DNA of 64,000 nt from Candidatus Altimarinota bacterium (GTDB lineage: Bacteria > Patescibacteriota > Gracilibacteria > UBA4473): assembly GCA_965231215.1 (NCBI GenBank), contig OZ246423.1:1088001-1152000 (forward strand), read 5' to 3'. Both the position numbers and the translations under genes were made by a program. Shown here in pieces: positions 31,283 through 40,538 of the stretch. The number at the start of each line of letters is the position of its first letter. Positions within the stretch are counted from its first letter, which is position 1. The notes beneath the pieces are model-generated. The model saw only the letters and a program-made list of their open reading frames with translations. It ran no database searches and was not told the DNA's origin.

Positions 31283-31310
31283 AGTATACGATTTAACGTG
31301 TGTGAGTCAA
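31283..31310 (-). promoter_or_regulatory. leuL/leuA promoter
   Basis: TTGACT-N16-TATACT, 11 nt before the leader ATG. Confidence 0.75.
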
Positions 31311-31395
31311 TATTATAAAATATTGAATGTTTCTTCATAGAAACGCTAAGAGATATTTAATGATAAAAATCCAAAAACCATTGTGACTTAAAAAT

Positions 31396-31887
31396 TTAAT
31401 CCAACTTTTCTATGAGTTGGTCAATGCCATTCAAAAACAACACCAGAATGATAACCAGCATAATAGCTCCGCTTATCCCCAATATAAGACGTCCGTTATG
31501 GCTTTTTTGAGGTTTAGTGTGTTTGAGCTCAACTTTGTGTACCAACCCATCTCTTATCCACACAATGATGGCAAAAAGACTTACGGTAAGTATCATGAGG
31601 GTTAGCATGATAATCGGGTCAGTCTTCTCTACGATTTTGTAGAGTAAGAAGGCCCCACACAGATTCACCATGAAATGACAGGCAGCATCAATAGCTTCCC
31701 GTATTTGATTTACAGAAATATAATAGACGAAACATCCAATGGGAACAACAAGCCCAATGAAGATAAAGAGTAGGCCCATAATAGGGGCGGCAGTACTAAA
31801 ATATCCGAGTCCTACAATCACCATAAAATAAACCAAAAGCCGAAAGGTAAGTCCGTGACCGTACCACTGATCAAGCCATTTGTCCAT
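31396..31887 (-). CDS. Hypothetical membrane protein
   Basis: 163 aa with about 5 TMs. Confidence 0.7.
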   Translation of the reverse strand: MDKWLDQWYGHGLTFRLLVYFMVIVGLGYFSTAAPIMGLLFIFIGLVVPIGCFVYYISVNQIREAIDAACHFMVNLCGAFLLYKIVEKTDPIIMLTLMILTVSLFAIIVWIRDGLVHKVELKHTKPQKSHNGRLILGISGAIMLVIILVLFLNGIDQLIEKLD

Positions 31888-32023
31888 AGTGATGAGAAGT
31901 GCTAAAAAATGATAATTTCATTGTTGAAATTCAGAACCTTGCACATCGTACAGCCCAAGTACGATTTAGACAAGAACCTAGATTTTGCCTTGAACTTATC
32001 TATTTTTTTAGACCTTCTAATTT

Positions 32024-32398
32024 TTAAGATTTGTGTGCAATTATTTCTATTTCTACCTTCGCGCCTTTTGGGAGCTTACTGACTTCAACACAACTTCGAG
32101 CGGGTTTGTGATCACCGAAAAAATCAGCATAGATGTCATTTACAACTGCAAAATCATTGATGTCAGATAAAAATACAGTGGTTTTCACGACCTTGTTTTT
32201 TTCAAGCTGAGCGGCGTCTAAAAGAGCTGCAATATTTTTTAATACTTGTTTGGTTTGTCCTGAAACATCCGTATCCAAAAAATCACCCTCTGGAGTTAGA
32301 GCAATTTGCCCAGAAAAAAACACCAGATTTCCGGCAGAAACCCCTTGGCTATAAGGTCCAATGGCACTTGGCGCCTGAGGAGTGTTTATTATTTTCAT
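32024..32398 (-). CDS. ridA: RidA-family enamine/imine deaminase
   Basis: APSAIGPYSQG, SGQI, PARSCVEVSKLP, VEIE. Confidence 0.92.
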   Translation of the reverse strand: MKIINTPQAPSAIGPYSQGVSAGNLVFFSGQIALTPEGDFLDTDVSGQTKQVLKNIAALLDAAQLEKNKVVKTTVFLSDINDFAVVNDIYADFFGDHKPARSCVEVSKLPKGAKVEIEIIAHKS

Positions 32399-32523
32399 TT
32401 TAAAAAGGTAAGACTCATACATGATAGGGCGCAATAGGCGCCTCTACAACTAAAAAATAACTTGACTTGGATCGCGATAATTCTATATTTCTGCGGCTTT
32501 GTACTTATCAAAAGTATTTATTC

Positions 32524-32781
32524 ATGAAAAAAGACACTCACCCGAAAGCCCATCCTGTTATTTTTAGGGATGCTAACGCCAAAAAAGATTTTTTTATGAT
32601 GTCTACCATGACATCAGAAGAAACAGAAACTCACGACGGTACACAATACTATGTAATCCGTGTTGATGTAAGTTCAGCTTCTCATCCATTTTACACTGGT
32701 AAACAAAGCCTGATTGATACATCAGGTCGAGTTGAGAAATTTAAAGCGAAACAAGCCAAAGCTCAAACGCTTAGTAAATAA
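32524..32781 (+). CDS. rpmE2: 50S ribosomal protein L31 type B
   Basis: [26 protein letters not shown]; no Cys. Confidence 0.93.
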   Translation: MKKDTHPKAHPVIFRDANAKKDFFMMSTMTSEETETHDGTQYYVIRVDVSSASHPFYTGKQSLIDTSGRVEKFKAKQAKAQTLSK

Positions 32782-32807
32782 GTTCTTATACCTAATCTTT
32801 AATTTTC

Positions 32808-33983
32808 ATGGCGACCAAAAAAACAACGGCTTCTCCCAAAAAGTCTACGGCCACTAAGGCGAAGAAGACTACCGCCAAAGCTAAATCTACCACAAAAGGA
32901 GCGCTCAAAAAAGTCGCCCCAAAAAAGGCCGTAAAGAAGTCAGTAGCACCAAAGAAAAAAGTGCCAAACAAAAAATCGGTTGTCCCAAAAAACAGCCCCA
33001 AAAAAGCTACTCGGGCCAAAACTAAAGCCACATCAAGCGTAACTCAAAAAGCAACTTCAGCCCTTAGTTCTGACCAATGGAAAGGAGTTGTAGGCGCTAC
33101 TTTTTCAGCGTTTCCTACGCTCTGGTGGAGAGTGGGAATTGTTAATATGTTGGCCCTAGTATTAATGGTTGTCGGAGTCGGTTTAGCGACCGCTATTTTT
33201 ATTTTGATGTCAGGCGGTATTGGATCTTTAGAAAACCTTTTTGCCAATATGAGAGTAACAGGGGTTATGCCAGACTCTTCCGTGATATTCAGTTTTTCAG
33301 CAGCTCTTATATTTTGGATAGTTTGGGTCGTTGTTTTTGGGATTATTGCCAAGATTAGTAGTTTTATGATTGTAAAGTCTTACGCTCACAAAGCCGTAAA
33401 AAATCCACTCACAGTTTTCTTCCAAGAGAGCTGGTCTCTCTTCTGGAGTTGGGCTTGGCTTGGACTTAAAATCTTTTGGTATATAGTGTGGCCTTTGCTT
33501 CTATTCTCTGTATTTGTAGGTATTATTGGAGTAAGTGCAGGTATTGCTAGAATAGGTGAAGTTAATCAAGGGCTTGAGGTTGGATTATTAGCTGTTATTA
33601 TGGCACTAGTAGGGCTCTTTATTTTTGCAATTACATTTTATAGAGGCACTAAAGTTATTTTTTCTCAAGCAGCACTTGTACATGGAGGCGCTCCAGCTAG
33701 TAAAGCCATGAACACTTCCTTGAGTCTGCTAGAAGGGAATTGGTGGAGAGTCTTTGGAGGACTTTTGGGATTCTTTGCGCTGATTGCGTTGGTACAAGTG
33801 ATTATTAATATCCCAGCTATTATGGGAGATATAGGGAGGCTTCCAGAAGGGATGGAAGGACTTTATATTGCTTCAAGTCTGCTTGATTTTTTATTCAACT
33901 TTTTTATTTTGGCGCCGTTAGCCGTCACCTTTATCTATTTCCTTATGCTTCAAGTAGCAAAAAACAAAGGAATCAAAATTTAA
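32808..33983 (+). CDS. Membrane protein with histone-H1-like K/A/T-rich N-terminus
   Basis: About 80 aa of KKT/AKK/APKK repeats followed by ~6 TMs; GNWWRVFG. Confidence 0.75.
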   Translation: MATKKTTASPKKSTATKAKKTTAKAKSTTKGALKKVAPKKAVKKSVAPKKKVPNKKSVVPKNSPKKATRAKTKATSSVTQKATSALSSDQWKGVVGATFSAFPTLWWRVGIVNMLALVLMVVGVGLATAIFILMSGGIGSLENLFANMRVTGVMPDSSVIFSFSAALIFWIVWVVVFGIIAKISSFMIVKSYAHKAVKNPLTVFFQESWSLFWSWAWLGLKIFWYIVWPLLLFSVFVGIIGVSAGIARIGEVNQGLEVGLLAVIMALVGLFIFAITFYRGTKVIFSQAALVHGGAPASKAMNTSLSLLEGNWWRVFGGLLGFFALIALVQVIINIPAIMGDIGRLPEGMEGLYIASSLLDFLFNFFILAPLAVTFIYFLMLQVAKNKGIKI

Positions 33984-33995
33984 TAATTTTATCTT

Positions 33996-34235
33996 ATGTC
34001 TAAGAAACCAACGCCTAAAAAACAACTCGATAAATCTCGTAGTAGATCACGATCTAGTAAGTATGATTACGAACAAAGATCAAAACTGAGCAAAAAAATA
34101 CAACTCACTACTTGTAGTAACTGTGGAGCTAAACGAAGAATCCATTACGCCTGTGAAGCCTGCGGATTTTACCGAGGTCGTCAGGTACTGAATGTTAAGA
34201 CTAAATCAGCGCCAAAAGCTGAAATTGAAGCCTAG
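33996..34235 (+). CDS. rpmF: 50S ribosomal protein L32
   Basis: PKK...SRSR, CSNCG...HYACEACGFYRGR. Confidence 0.93.
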   Translation: MSKKPTPKKQLDKSRSRSRSSKYDYEQRSKLSKKIQLTTCSNCGAKRRIHYACEACGFYRGRQVLNVKTKSAPKAEIEA

Positions 34236-34284
34236 TTTGAGATTTAGTGATCCTACCTTTAATATTAACCTATAAGGTTTGTTT

Positions 34285-34725
34285 ATGAGTGAAAAAAGAA
34301 AGCTTCGCCGTCAGAGTAGAGTCTTGGCGCTTGAGGCTCTTTTTTATTACCTAGAACGAGAAGGGAAAGCAAGCGTCGAAGATTGTTTCCAATATACCCT
34401 AGAACAAGTTGAAGAACGCAAAGAAGATACATTTGCTTGGGAAATTATGTCTACCGCCATTGAAAATATGGGAAAGATAAAAATAATCATCCATGCTTTT
34501 GCTCCAGAGTTCACCTTTGAAAAAATTGCGCCCATCAACAGAGCTTTATTGGTTTTAGGGATTTGCGAAATGAAATTTTTAGAAACACCACCGGTAGTGG
34601 TTATCAACGAGTATATTGAGCTGGCTAAAGACTTTGGTGAAGATAAATCACCATCACTTGTAAATGGAGTATTAGATAACTACCGTAAGAGCTTAGGATT
34701 AGATAGAACTAAAGACAACAGTTGA
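34285..34725 (+). CDS. nusB: Transcription antitermination factor NusB
   Basis: RRQSRVLALEAL, PPVVVINEYIELAKDFG, VNGVLD. Confidence 0.93.
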   Translation: MSEKRKLRRQSRVLALEALFYYLEREGKASVEDCFQYTLEQVEERKEDTFAWEIMSTAIENMGKIKIIIHAFAPEFTFEKIAPINRALLVLGICEMKFLETPPVVVINEYIELAKDFGEDKSPSLVNGVLDNYRKSLGLDRTKDNS

Positions 34726-34806
34726 TACAATAATCATATTACAAGCGACGTCATATTGATTGGCTGAAATCTAGATTTTAGGGACAAATCAATATATACT
34801 TAGACT

Positions 34807-35526
34807 ATGTCAGCTATTCACAATTTATTTGAAACACTTAAAGTTAATTTTTTGGTATACGAGAATAATAAAGCCGTATTTGATGAGGCTTTTACTCACC
34901 GTTCTGCCGTAGGGGAAGGGCATGAAAAGTTAAACAATGAGCGGTTAGAATTTTTAGGAGATGCGGTATTAGAACTCGTCACTACAGAGTTTTTATTTAA
35001 ATCGTATGACAAGCCAGAAGGAGAACTTACCAATTACCGTTCAGCTTTGGTAAAAAAAGAAAATTTAGCACAAGTGGCTCGCAAGCTTCAGCTTGGAGAC
35101 TTAATTAACATGTCTAAAGGCGAGGAACGTTCTGGGGGGCGAGATAAGGACTACTTGCTGGCCAATACCCTTGAGGCCTTGATTGGAGCCTTATATTTAA
35201 GCTTAGGACAAGAGAAGACCGCTGAAGTGATTAAAACCTTTGTCATGATAGAGTTAGACTCCATTCTGCAGGCTGGTAACCATATTGATGCTAAATCGGC
35301 TTTCCAAGAATTTACCCAAGGTCAATTTGGGATTACCCCAGAGTACAAGGTCTTAACCGAAACTGGGAAAGACCATGAAAAAGAGTTTGAAATTGGAGCC
35401 TATCTAGAGCAAATATGTGTAGGCAAAGGCAAAGGAGGCTCAAAGAAAGAAGCTCAAACAGCCGCGGCCGCTGAGGCCCTGGAATCTAAAAAAGAGTGGA
35501 GAAATAACTTTTCTCTAAAGGTTTAA
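34807..35526 (+). CDS. rnc: Ribonuclease III
   Basis: NNERLEFLGDAVL, EALIGALY, dsRBD with GGSKKEAQ. Confidence 0.97.
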   Translation: MSAIHNLFETLKVNFLVYENNKAVFDEAFTHRSAVGEGHEKLNNERLEFLGDAVLELVTTEFLFKSYDKPEGELTNYRSALVKKENLAQVARKLQLGDLINMSKGEERSGGRDKDYLLANTLEALIGALYLSLGQEKTAEVIKTFVMIELDSILQAGNHIDAKSAFQEFTQGQFGITPEYKVLTETGKDHEKEFEIGAYLEQICVGKGKGGSKKEAQTAAAAEALESKKEWRNNFSLKV

Positions 35527-36377
35527 ATTCTTATACCGCGGCGGATCTCATCGGCGAGGCCTAAAACGAGACTAAATCGATCGCTTTGGGGCCCAGAGCC
35601 TAATTCGTTTGGCGGACGATCAGTTATAGGGCTCATAGCTGTAGCCACTTTTTCCCCAACAGTTTTATCCTCTGGATCCGTCCTGACAGTAGCTTCACGC
35701 AACTCCAAAAGCACATCAGATAAAGTACTGGGGTTTGTAGTGCTGACTTCGTCTTTATTGCTTAATCTGGTGCTTACAATATTATTCATAATTTGAATAC
35801 TTGTGTGCACCCCAACCTTTTCTAGTATAAGGTCTCTCAGGATTATTCTTTCTGCTTCATCAAGTTCTGTGCCCACTTTTTTTCTTAACGCTTCTAAAGA
35901 AAATGTTTTGGTAGGGATCGATTCTTTCACACCAGAGTCTTTATTTTTGATATCTTCATATAATGACTCAAGTAGGTGAATAACTTTGCCACGAGTTTTG
36001 TGACTTAACCTTTTAAATAGAATTTTAAGTTTTTCTTCCGACTCTAAAGCTTCAATTTCTGTTTCTTCTAAATTTTGATCCTGTTGAATGCTTGGAAAAT
36101 TTTCGCTCAACATTTGCAGAACTTCAGCAGTGCCTAAAGAAATAATTTCTTGGGCTAACCCAATTATCTTATTCCTATCAAGTGGAGGACCTAAATGATT
36201 AAGGTTATTCGAAATAGCCCGGGCTAGAGTTTTTCTAGTGACTTTTTTTTGGCTTAAAGAAGCTTTTTCTAATTCTGCGTATATGGCTTTGGCTAAAGCT
36301 TGGTTTAATACCGCTCTAAGTTCTGGGCTTAAGTCTTCTAATCCAAGTTTATTACCTTCTTCAACAGCTAATTTCAT
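35523..36377 (-). CDS. Hypothetical helical protein
   Basis: 284-aa ORF, no motif recognised. Confidence 0.7.
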   Translation of the reverse strand: MKLAVEEGNKLGLEDLSPELRAVLNQALAKAIYAELEKASLSQKKVTRKTLARAISNNLNHLGPPLDRNKIIGLAQEIISLGTAEVLQMLSENFPSIQQDQNLEETEIEALESEEKLKILFKRLSHKTRGKVIHLLESLYEDIKNKDSGVKESIPTKTFSLEALRKKVGTELDEAERIILRDLILEKVGVHTSIQIMNNIVSTRLSNKDEVSTTNPSTLSDVLLELREATVRTDPEDKTVGEKVATAMSPITDRPPNELGSGPQSDRFSLVLGLADEIRRGIRI

Positions 36378-36458
36378 TTATTGTTTTTTAGTGTTTTCCA
36401 CGAAAAAGTCAATAAAATCTTAACTTGAGTAACCTTGTATTCACGTTAGACTAATCCT

Positions 36459-37544
36459 GTGATAAAAGCATTTGAGGCCTTTGCTCATCATATTCTCTCT
36501 GGCAAAGAGGGGATTTTGTTTAGTATGAAAAATGATGTGGTGGGGCATAAAATCTATTTTGGGGTGGGGGACAGGGTTAAGGCTGATTTCAACAAGGGGC
36601 CGTTTCCATTTTTTTCAGTAGTAGACTGGCAAGGGGAAAAGTCATCTTTTTGGCATTTTGACCAATTTTATACTGATGAAGATGACTTTGACTCATATGC
36701 TGATCTAGAAAGTCTTAAAGCCACACTTAATATTAAAAACCTTGAGTCCTACGCCTCAGAAACTCAAGCAAGCTTTAAATCAAAAGTGGAAGTTCTCAAA
36801 TCCCTAGAACAGGATGGTGAATTCTGGGTCGCTAATTTCACTCAAGATATTACCGGAGATTTACCAAAGGCTATAAAACCAGAACAGGTAGCATTAAAGT
36901 GTTTTCATAATTTTTTGAAGTTAGGAAAAAACCATTGTGGTGGAGTCGTGCTCACTAAAGAACAAATTTTTTGTTCATTATCTCCAGAAACCTTTCTCGT
37001 ACAAAATGAAAACGTTATAAAGACTTTTCCGATTAAAGGGACAGGGAGCCAAAAATTTTTAGAAAATTCTGAAAAAGAAATATCTGAACTCGCTATGATC
37101 ACAGACTTACTCAGAAATGATTTGGGAGAGATCTGTACACAGGTCGAACTAAAAAGAGAAAGATATCTTACTGAGGAGCAAAATTTCTATCATGCTCGTG
37201 CAGAAGTGGAGGGAAAACTTTCAGAATCTGAAATTGTGTGGGATAAATACAAAGCCTTACTACCCGCTGGCTCTATCTCTGGAGCTCCCAAAAAAAGAGT
37301 TTTAGAAACTTTAAGCATACTAGAAAGTTTTAACAGAGATTTTTATACTGGGACTTTTGGTCTAAAATTAAAGCCTGAAAAGTCTATTTTTAATATTTTG
37401 ATTAGGACGCTTTTTATTGATCAAAAAAATTGTTCATTCAGTTTCCCTGTAGGAGCGGGTATTACTATTGATTCTAACGCTCAGTTAGAGTGGGAAGAGA
37501 CGTTTAGGAAGGCGCAGATACTTCTTGACTGCCTTAAACCATAA
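36459..37544 (+). CDS. Chorismate-binding enzyme (PabB/TrpE-like, short)
   Basis: SPETFL, PIKGT, EKEISELAMITDLLRNDL, PAGSISGAPK, RDFYTG, NILIRT, GAGIT. Confidence 0.88.
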   Translation: MIKAFEAFAHHILSGKEGILFSMKNDVVGHKIYFGVGDRVKADFNKGPFPFFSVVDWQGEKSSFWHFDQFYTDEDDFDSYADLESLKATLNIKNLESYASETQASFKSKVEVLKSLEQDGEFWVANFTQDITGDLPKAIKPEQVALKCFHNFLKLGKNHCGGVVLTKEQIFCSLSPETFLVQNENVIKTFPIKGTGSQKFLENSEKEISELAMITDLLRNDLGEICTQVELKRERYLTEEQNFYHARAEVEGKLSESEIVWDKYKALLPAGSISGAPKKRVLETLSILESFNRDFYTGTFGLKLKPEKSIFNILIRTLFIDQKNCSFSFPVGAGITIDSNAQLEWEETFRKAQILLDCLKP

Positions 37545-39015
37545 TCAAAGCTGCTCGGCTTCGTCTAATCTCTGGAAGACATTTTTCTTCAATGTAGGTA
37601 TCTATCTCAGCCCTAGTTTTTTGGTCTTGGGTGGCTTTAAACAGATTTTGACCAAATTGATTTGTCACTAGCGTAGACAATTCATCTATAACTGAAGAAG
37701 GTACGGAATCTATATCAATGAAGTCAAAAGACTGTCTATTATTGAATTCTTTAACTTTGTCATAGATAAATGTCCAGGCCATTTGTTCCATGCATTGCTG
37801 AGTTTCTCTGAATTCATCAGCTTCAATAATTCTATACCCACCTTTTATTTGCATGTCTTGGACTCTATCTTTGTTTGGTTTTGGGTACATTCTGATACCA
37901 GCAAGGTAGGTAGGGGGAAGGGATTCAGATGAAGTCTCTTGTACTACAAAATCGGTAATAATTGGTGAGGCTAGAGTTTGTAAAAAAGCAGTTAACTCTG
38001 GGTAATAAAGCCTGTAACTATAGGAGCTCACTACGCCATCAGAGATATATAAACCATGATGGGCATCCATAACTTGACTCATTGTTTTCATAAAGCTGTA
38101 TACATCTCCATGTAAAAATGCATCTGAGCGGGACCCTTCAATAAGCTGGAACCTTAAATCATCTTCTGGAGCAAAGTACTTAGCTACGTTTCTGAAGTCA
38201 TCACGAATTATGTTGTCGCAATTGGCAAGCATTCTCCTTAATCTTCCAAACATTACCTCTGATGCAGTCCTTGGGTCTCTAGGGAAGATTCTTTTTAAAC
38301 GGTTTCTTATATCCTTCATAAGTAATCTTTCATCTTCTCCAATAAGTTGAATTTCATGTAAATTTTTCCCTAAAGGAGAGATATGTCTTCTGAATTCGTC
38401 ACTTTCAGGCAAGAGTAATTCAGGACTTTCTGTTACAATGGATGTTAGGGTCCTTAAATTTCCAAAGCTTTCAGGTCTACCATGAGCCGCAGCTTCCGCT
38501 AGGTTTTTGGCCCGTACGCCTCTAATGAGACTGTCTTTTCCTGCAAATTTTGAAAACTTTAACTCCATACCTGCACCACTAGTAACATCATTAATACTAG
38601 CTGGGATTAGTAATTCACTTCTGAGAATAGCTGATACGGAAGCTGTAGTGTTATTACGCAATCCTAGCTCTCTTTCCATAAAAGCTTCAATCAAATCACG
38701 TGGGTCAATATAAACTTTGTCAGCAAAAGAATAAGAAACATGCTCACGAGCATGAGCTTTAAAATACTCATTAGCAGTACCATCTCCCATACCTAGGTGT
38801 AGAACATTAGGAGTTCCGGGGAGATTACTAATATAACGAACCAATTCTGAAGCTTCTACAAATGGTGGGGCAAGCCTATCAACAAGCCAGTCTTGTTTTT
38901 CAACCATAGCAGCAACTCCTCCTTGGATAAGGTTTTGGGTTAACTCTGCCGCCTCAACAGGACTTAACTGTCCGAAATCACTAGATCTAAAGTGTTTAAA
39001 GTTTGCCTTGTTCAT
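37534..39015 (-). CDS. Hypothetical protein with probable interrupted class I SAM-methyltransferase fold
   Basis: VLHLGMGDG motif I-like; distal FQLIE...MDAHHGLYISD resembles motifs II/III. Confidence 0.5.
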   Translation of the reverse strand: MNKANFKHFRSSDFGQLSPVEAAELTQNLIQGGVAAMVEKQDWLVDRLAPPFVEASELVRYISNLPGTPNVLHLGMGDGTANEYFKAHAREHVSYSFADKVYIDPRDLIEAFMERELGLRNNTTASVSAILRSELLIPASINDVTSGAGMELKFSKFAGKDSLIRGVRAKNLAEAAAHGRPESFGNLRTLTSIVTESPELLLPESDEFRRHISPLGKNLHEIQLIGEDERLLMKDIRNRLKRIFPRDPRTASEVMFGRLRRMLANCDNIIRDDFRNVAKYFAPEDDLRFQLIEGSRSDAFLHGDVYSFMKTMSQVMDAHHGLYISDGVVSSYSYRLYYPELTAFLQTLASPIITDFVVQETSSESLPPTYLAGIRMYPKPNKDRVQDMQIKGGYRIIEADEFRETQQCMEQMAWTFIYDKVKEFNNRQSFDFIDIDSVPSSVIDELSTLVTNQFGQNLFKATQDQKTRAEIDTYIEEKCLPEIRRSRAALIMV

Positions 39016-39113
39016 GTAATTCTTTTAAAATATAAATCTCATTTTGTAAAGTATTGACTTGTTTTTTTATAAAAGTTTGAAAAACTTTATTTTTTAGTTT
39101 AAAAGGAATTTAA

Positions 39114-39582
39114 TCTAACAAGTTGGAGGTGTTGAAGGTTGTTGGAAGTGTCGGAAAAAGTACCCCCTCTGCAGGGACTCAAATCTTGCTTACAAAATGC
39201 GAGAATGTTGAAGATGTGGTAAATATTGGATTATGTGGTGGTGTTCAGCCAAATATTGATATCACCCTCAGATTTAGTTAATAGATTAAGAGAAAAGGGA
39301 CTTGAGACTCCTACAGCTCGAATTGCGATCGGAGTTTATGGCCTCTCCTCCTGTTAGTGATAGTGAATTTAGTATGGCTAGTATGTGGAATTTGGGATTC
39401 ATGAAAAGCCCTCGAAAAGAATATCATACTCTAGAAGCGGTTATTACTGAACTTCAAAAAGTATCAGACATTACTGAAATGGAAGCTCATACTATAGCTA
39501 GAGTTTGTAGCGAGCATGGTATTACTCCGCTTATGGTGTTAAAGCTGCTTCTGATAATGTAACGCAACTAGAGTTAAAGTAG
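39114..39582 (+). pseudogene. mtnN: Degraded MTA/SAH nucleosidase (MtnN/Pfs, PNP_UDP_1 family)
   Basis: Fragments in different frames: VVGSVGKSTPSAGTQILL...VVNIGLCGG (39114-39281), EMEAHTIARVCSEHG (in ORF 39302-39562), KAASDN (from 39541). Confidence 0.75.
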
Positions 39583-39647
39583 CTGGAGTTTAGGGCATAT
39601 AACTTTGCCAAATATAAATCTTTTTTGTATAACTGCAGGCAAGACTT

Positions 39648-40538
39648 ATGAATACCAAGCCTGACGTATTTGAAAAATACATTTCACAATTTCCGGCAAA
39701 ATCTCAGCCGGAATTAAAACGCAGGCTCAAACACAAGAAAGCCCTTGAAGAAAAGGGGGATTTGGAGGTAACTAGTTTAGTATGGGAATCGTTTTTGGTG
39801 ACTTCTGATATTGCTAAAGACTCAAAGGTTAAAGTACTAAAAACTCAAGCTATTGAAATCAGAAACTCGCCAAAGAAGTTTATCAAAAGCGAGCATTTTG
39901 AAGCTAAAACACTATGTTTATTGGAGATTCTTTTTGATTTGAGTGAGGGGATAGTGATGTTTCCTTATGAAACTTATCAAGAATGGAGTGAAGTAGCTAA
40001 TGAATTTGGTTTTTGGAGATTAAGGTATGAACTTGAAGATGCAATTTTTAAGCATTTTGATCCAGAAAATTATGAACTCTTTAAAAGTGTTATTGGCAGA
40101 AAGATGAAGGCCGATGAAGCTCTACTTAGAGATATAAGATTTTTAATAGAAATATCAGCTACAAAGCAGTGTATAAAAAGCCTCAAAATCTATAACCGAC
40201 AAAAAAACATTTATGGAGTCTATAAAAAGATACAGATAAAGCAGAAAAATATTAATGATATCTATGATATTTATGGATTTAGACTTATTGTCGAAAGCCA
40301 GGCCGAGTGTTATGCGTTAATAGATATGATTCATAGATTATGGCCCCATTATCCTAATAGGTTTAAAGATTACATAAAACACCCTAAACCTAATGGATAT
40401 CAAAGTTTGCATACAGTGGTAAACTGCCTGCAAAAGAGTGTTATAGAATTTCAAATCCGTACGAACGAAATGGATGCTGTGGCTAGTTCAGGTATGGCAA
40501 ATCATGCCGCCTATAAAAAGAATACAGGAAAGAAGTAA
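39648..40538 (+). CDS. Short RelA/SpoT synthetase (Rel-derived, no intact HD hydrolase)
   Basis: RQKNIYG, YDIYGFR, RFKDYI, KPNGYQSLHT, EFQIRT, HAAYK; no HD motif and no TGS/ACT. Confidence 0.88.
   Translation: MNTKPDVFEKYISQFPAKSQPELKRRLKHKKALEEKGDLEVTSLVWESFLVTSDIAKDSKVKVLKTQAIEIRNSPKKFIKSEHFEAKTLCLLEILFDLSEGIVMFPYETYQEWSEVANEFGFWRLRYELEDAIFKHFDPENYELFKSVIGRKMKADEALLRDIRFLIEISATKQCIKSLKIYNRQKNIYGVYKKIQIKQKNINDIYDIYGFRLIVESQAECYALIDMIHRLWPHYPNRFKDYIKHPKPNGYQSLHTVVNCLQKSVIEFQIRTNEMDAVASSGMANHAAYKKNTGKK

Noticed and set aside
31156-31338. 60-aa ORF upstream of leuA
   Set aside because: It runs through the promoter and attenuator hairpins; the Leu-rich leader in another frame explains the region better.
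31554-31562. Perfect DnaA box TTATCCACA
   Set aside because: Isolated and inside a CDS; expected by chance.
39121-39155. GTTGGA/GTTGAA tandem-like repeats
   Set aside because: These are Val/Gly/Leu codons of the mtnN remnant, not a repeat array.
39302-39562. 86-aa ORF as an independent gene
   Set aside because: It is a fragment of the mtnN-like pseudogene.
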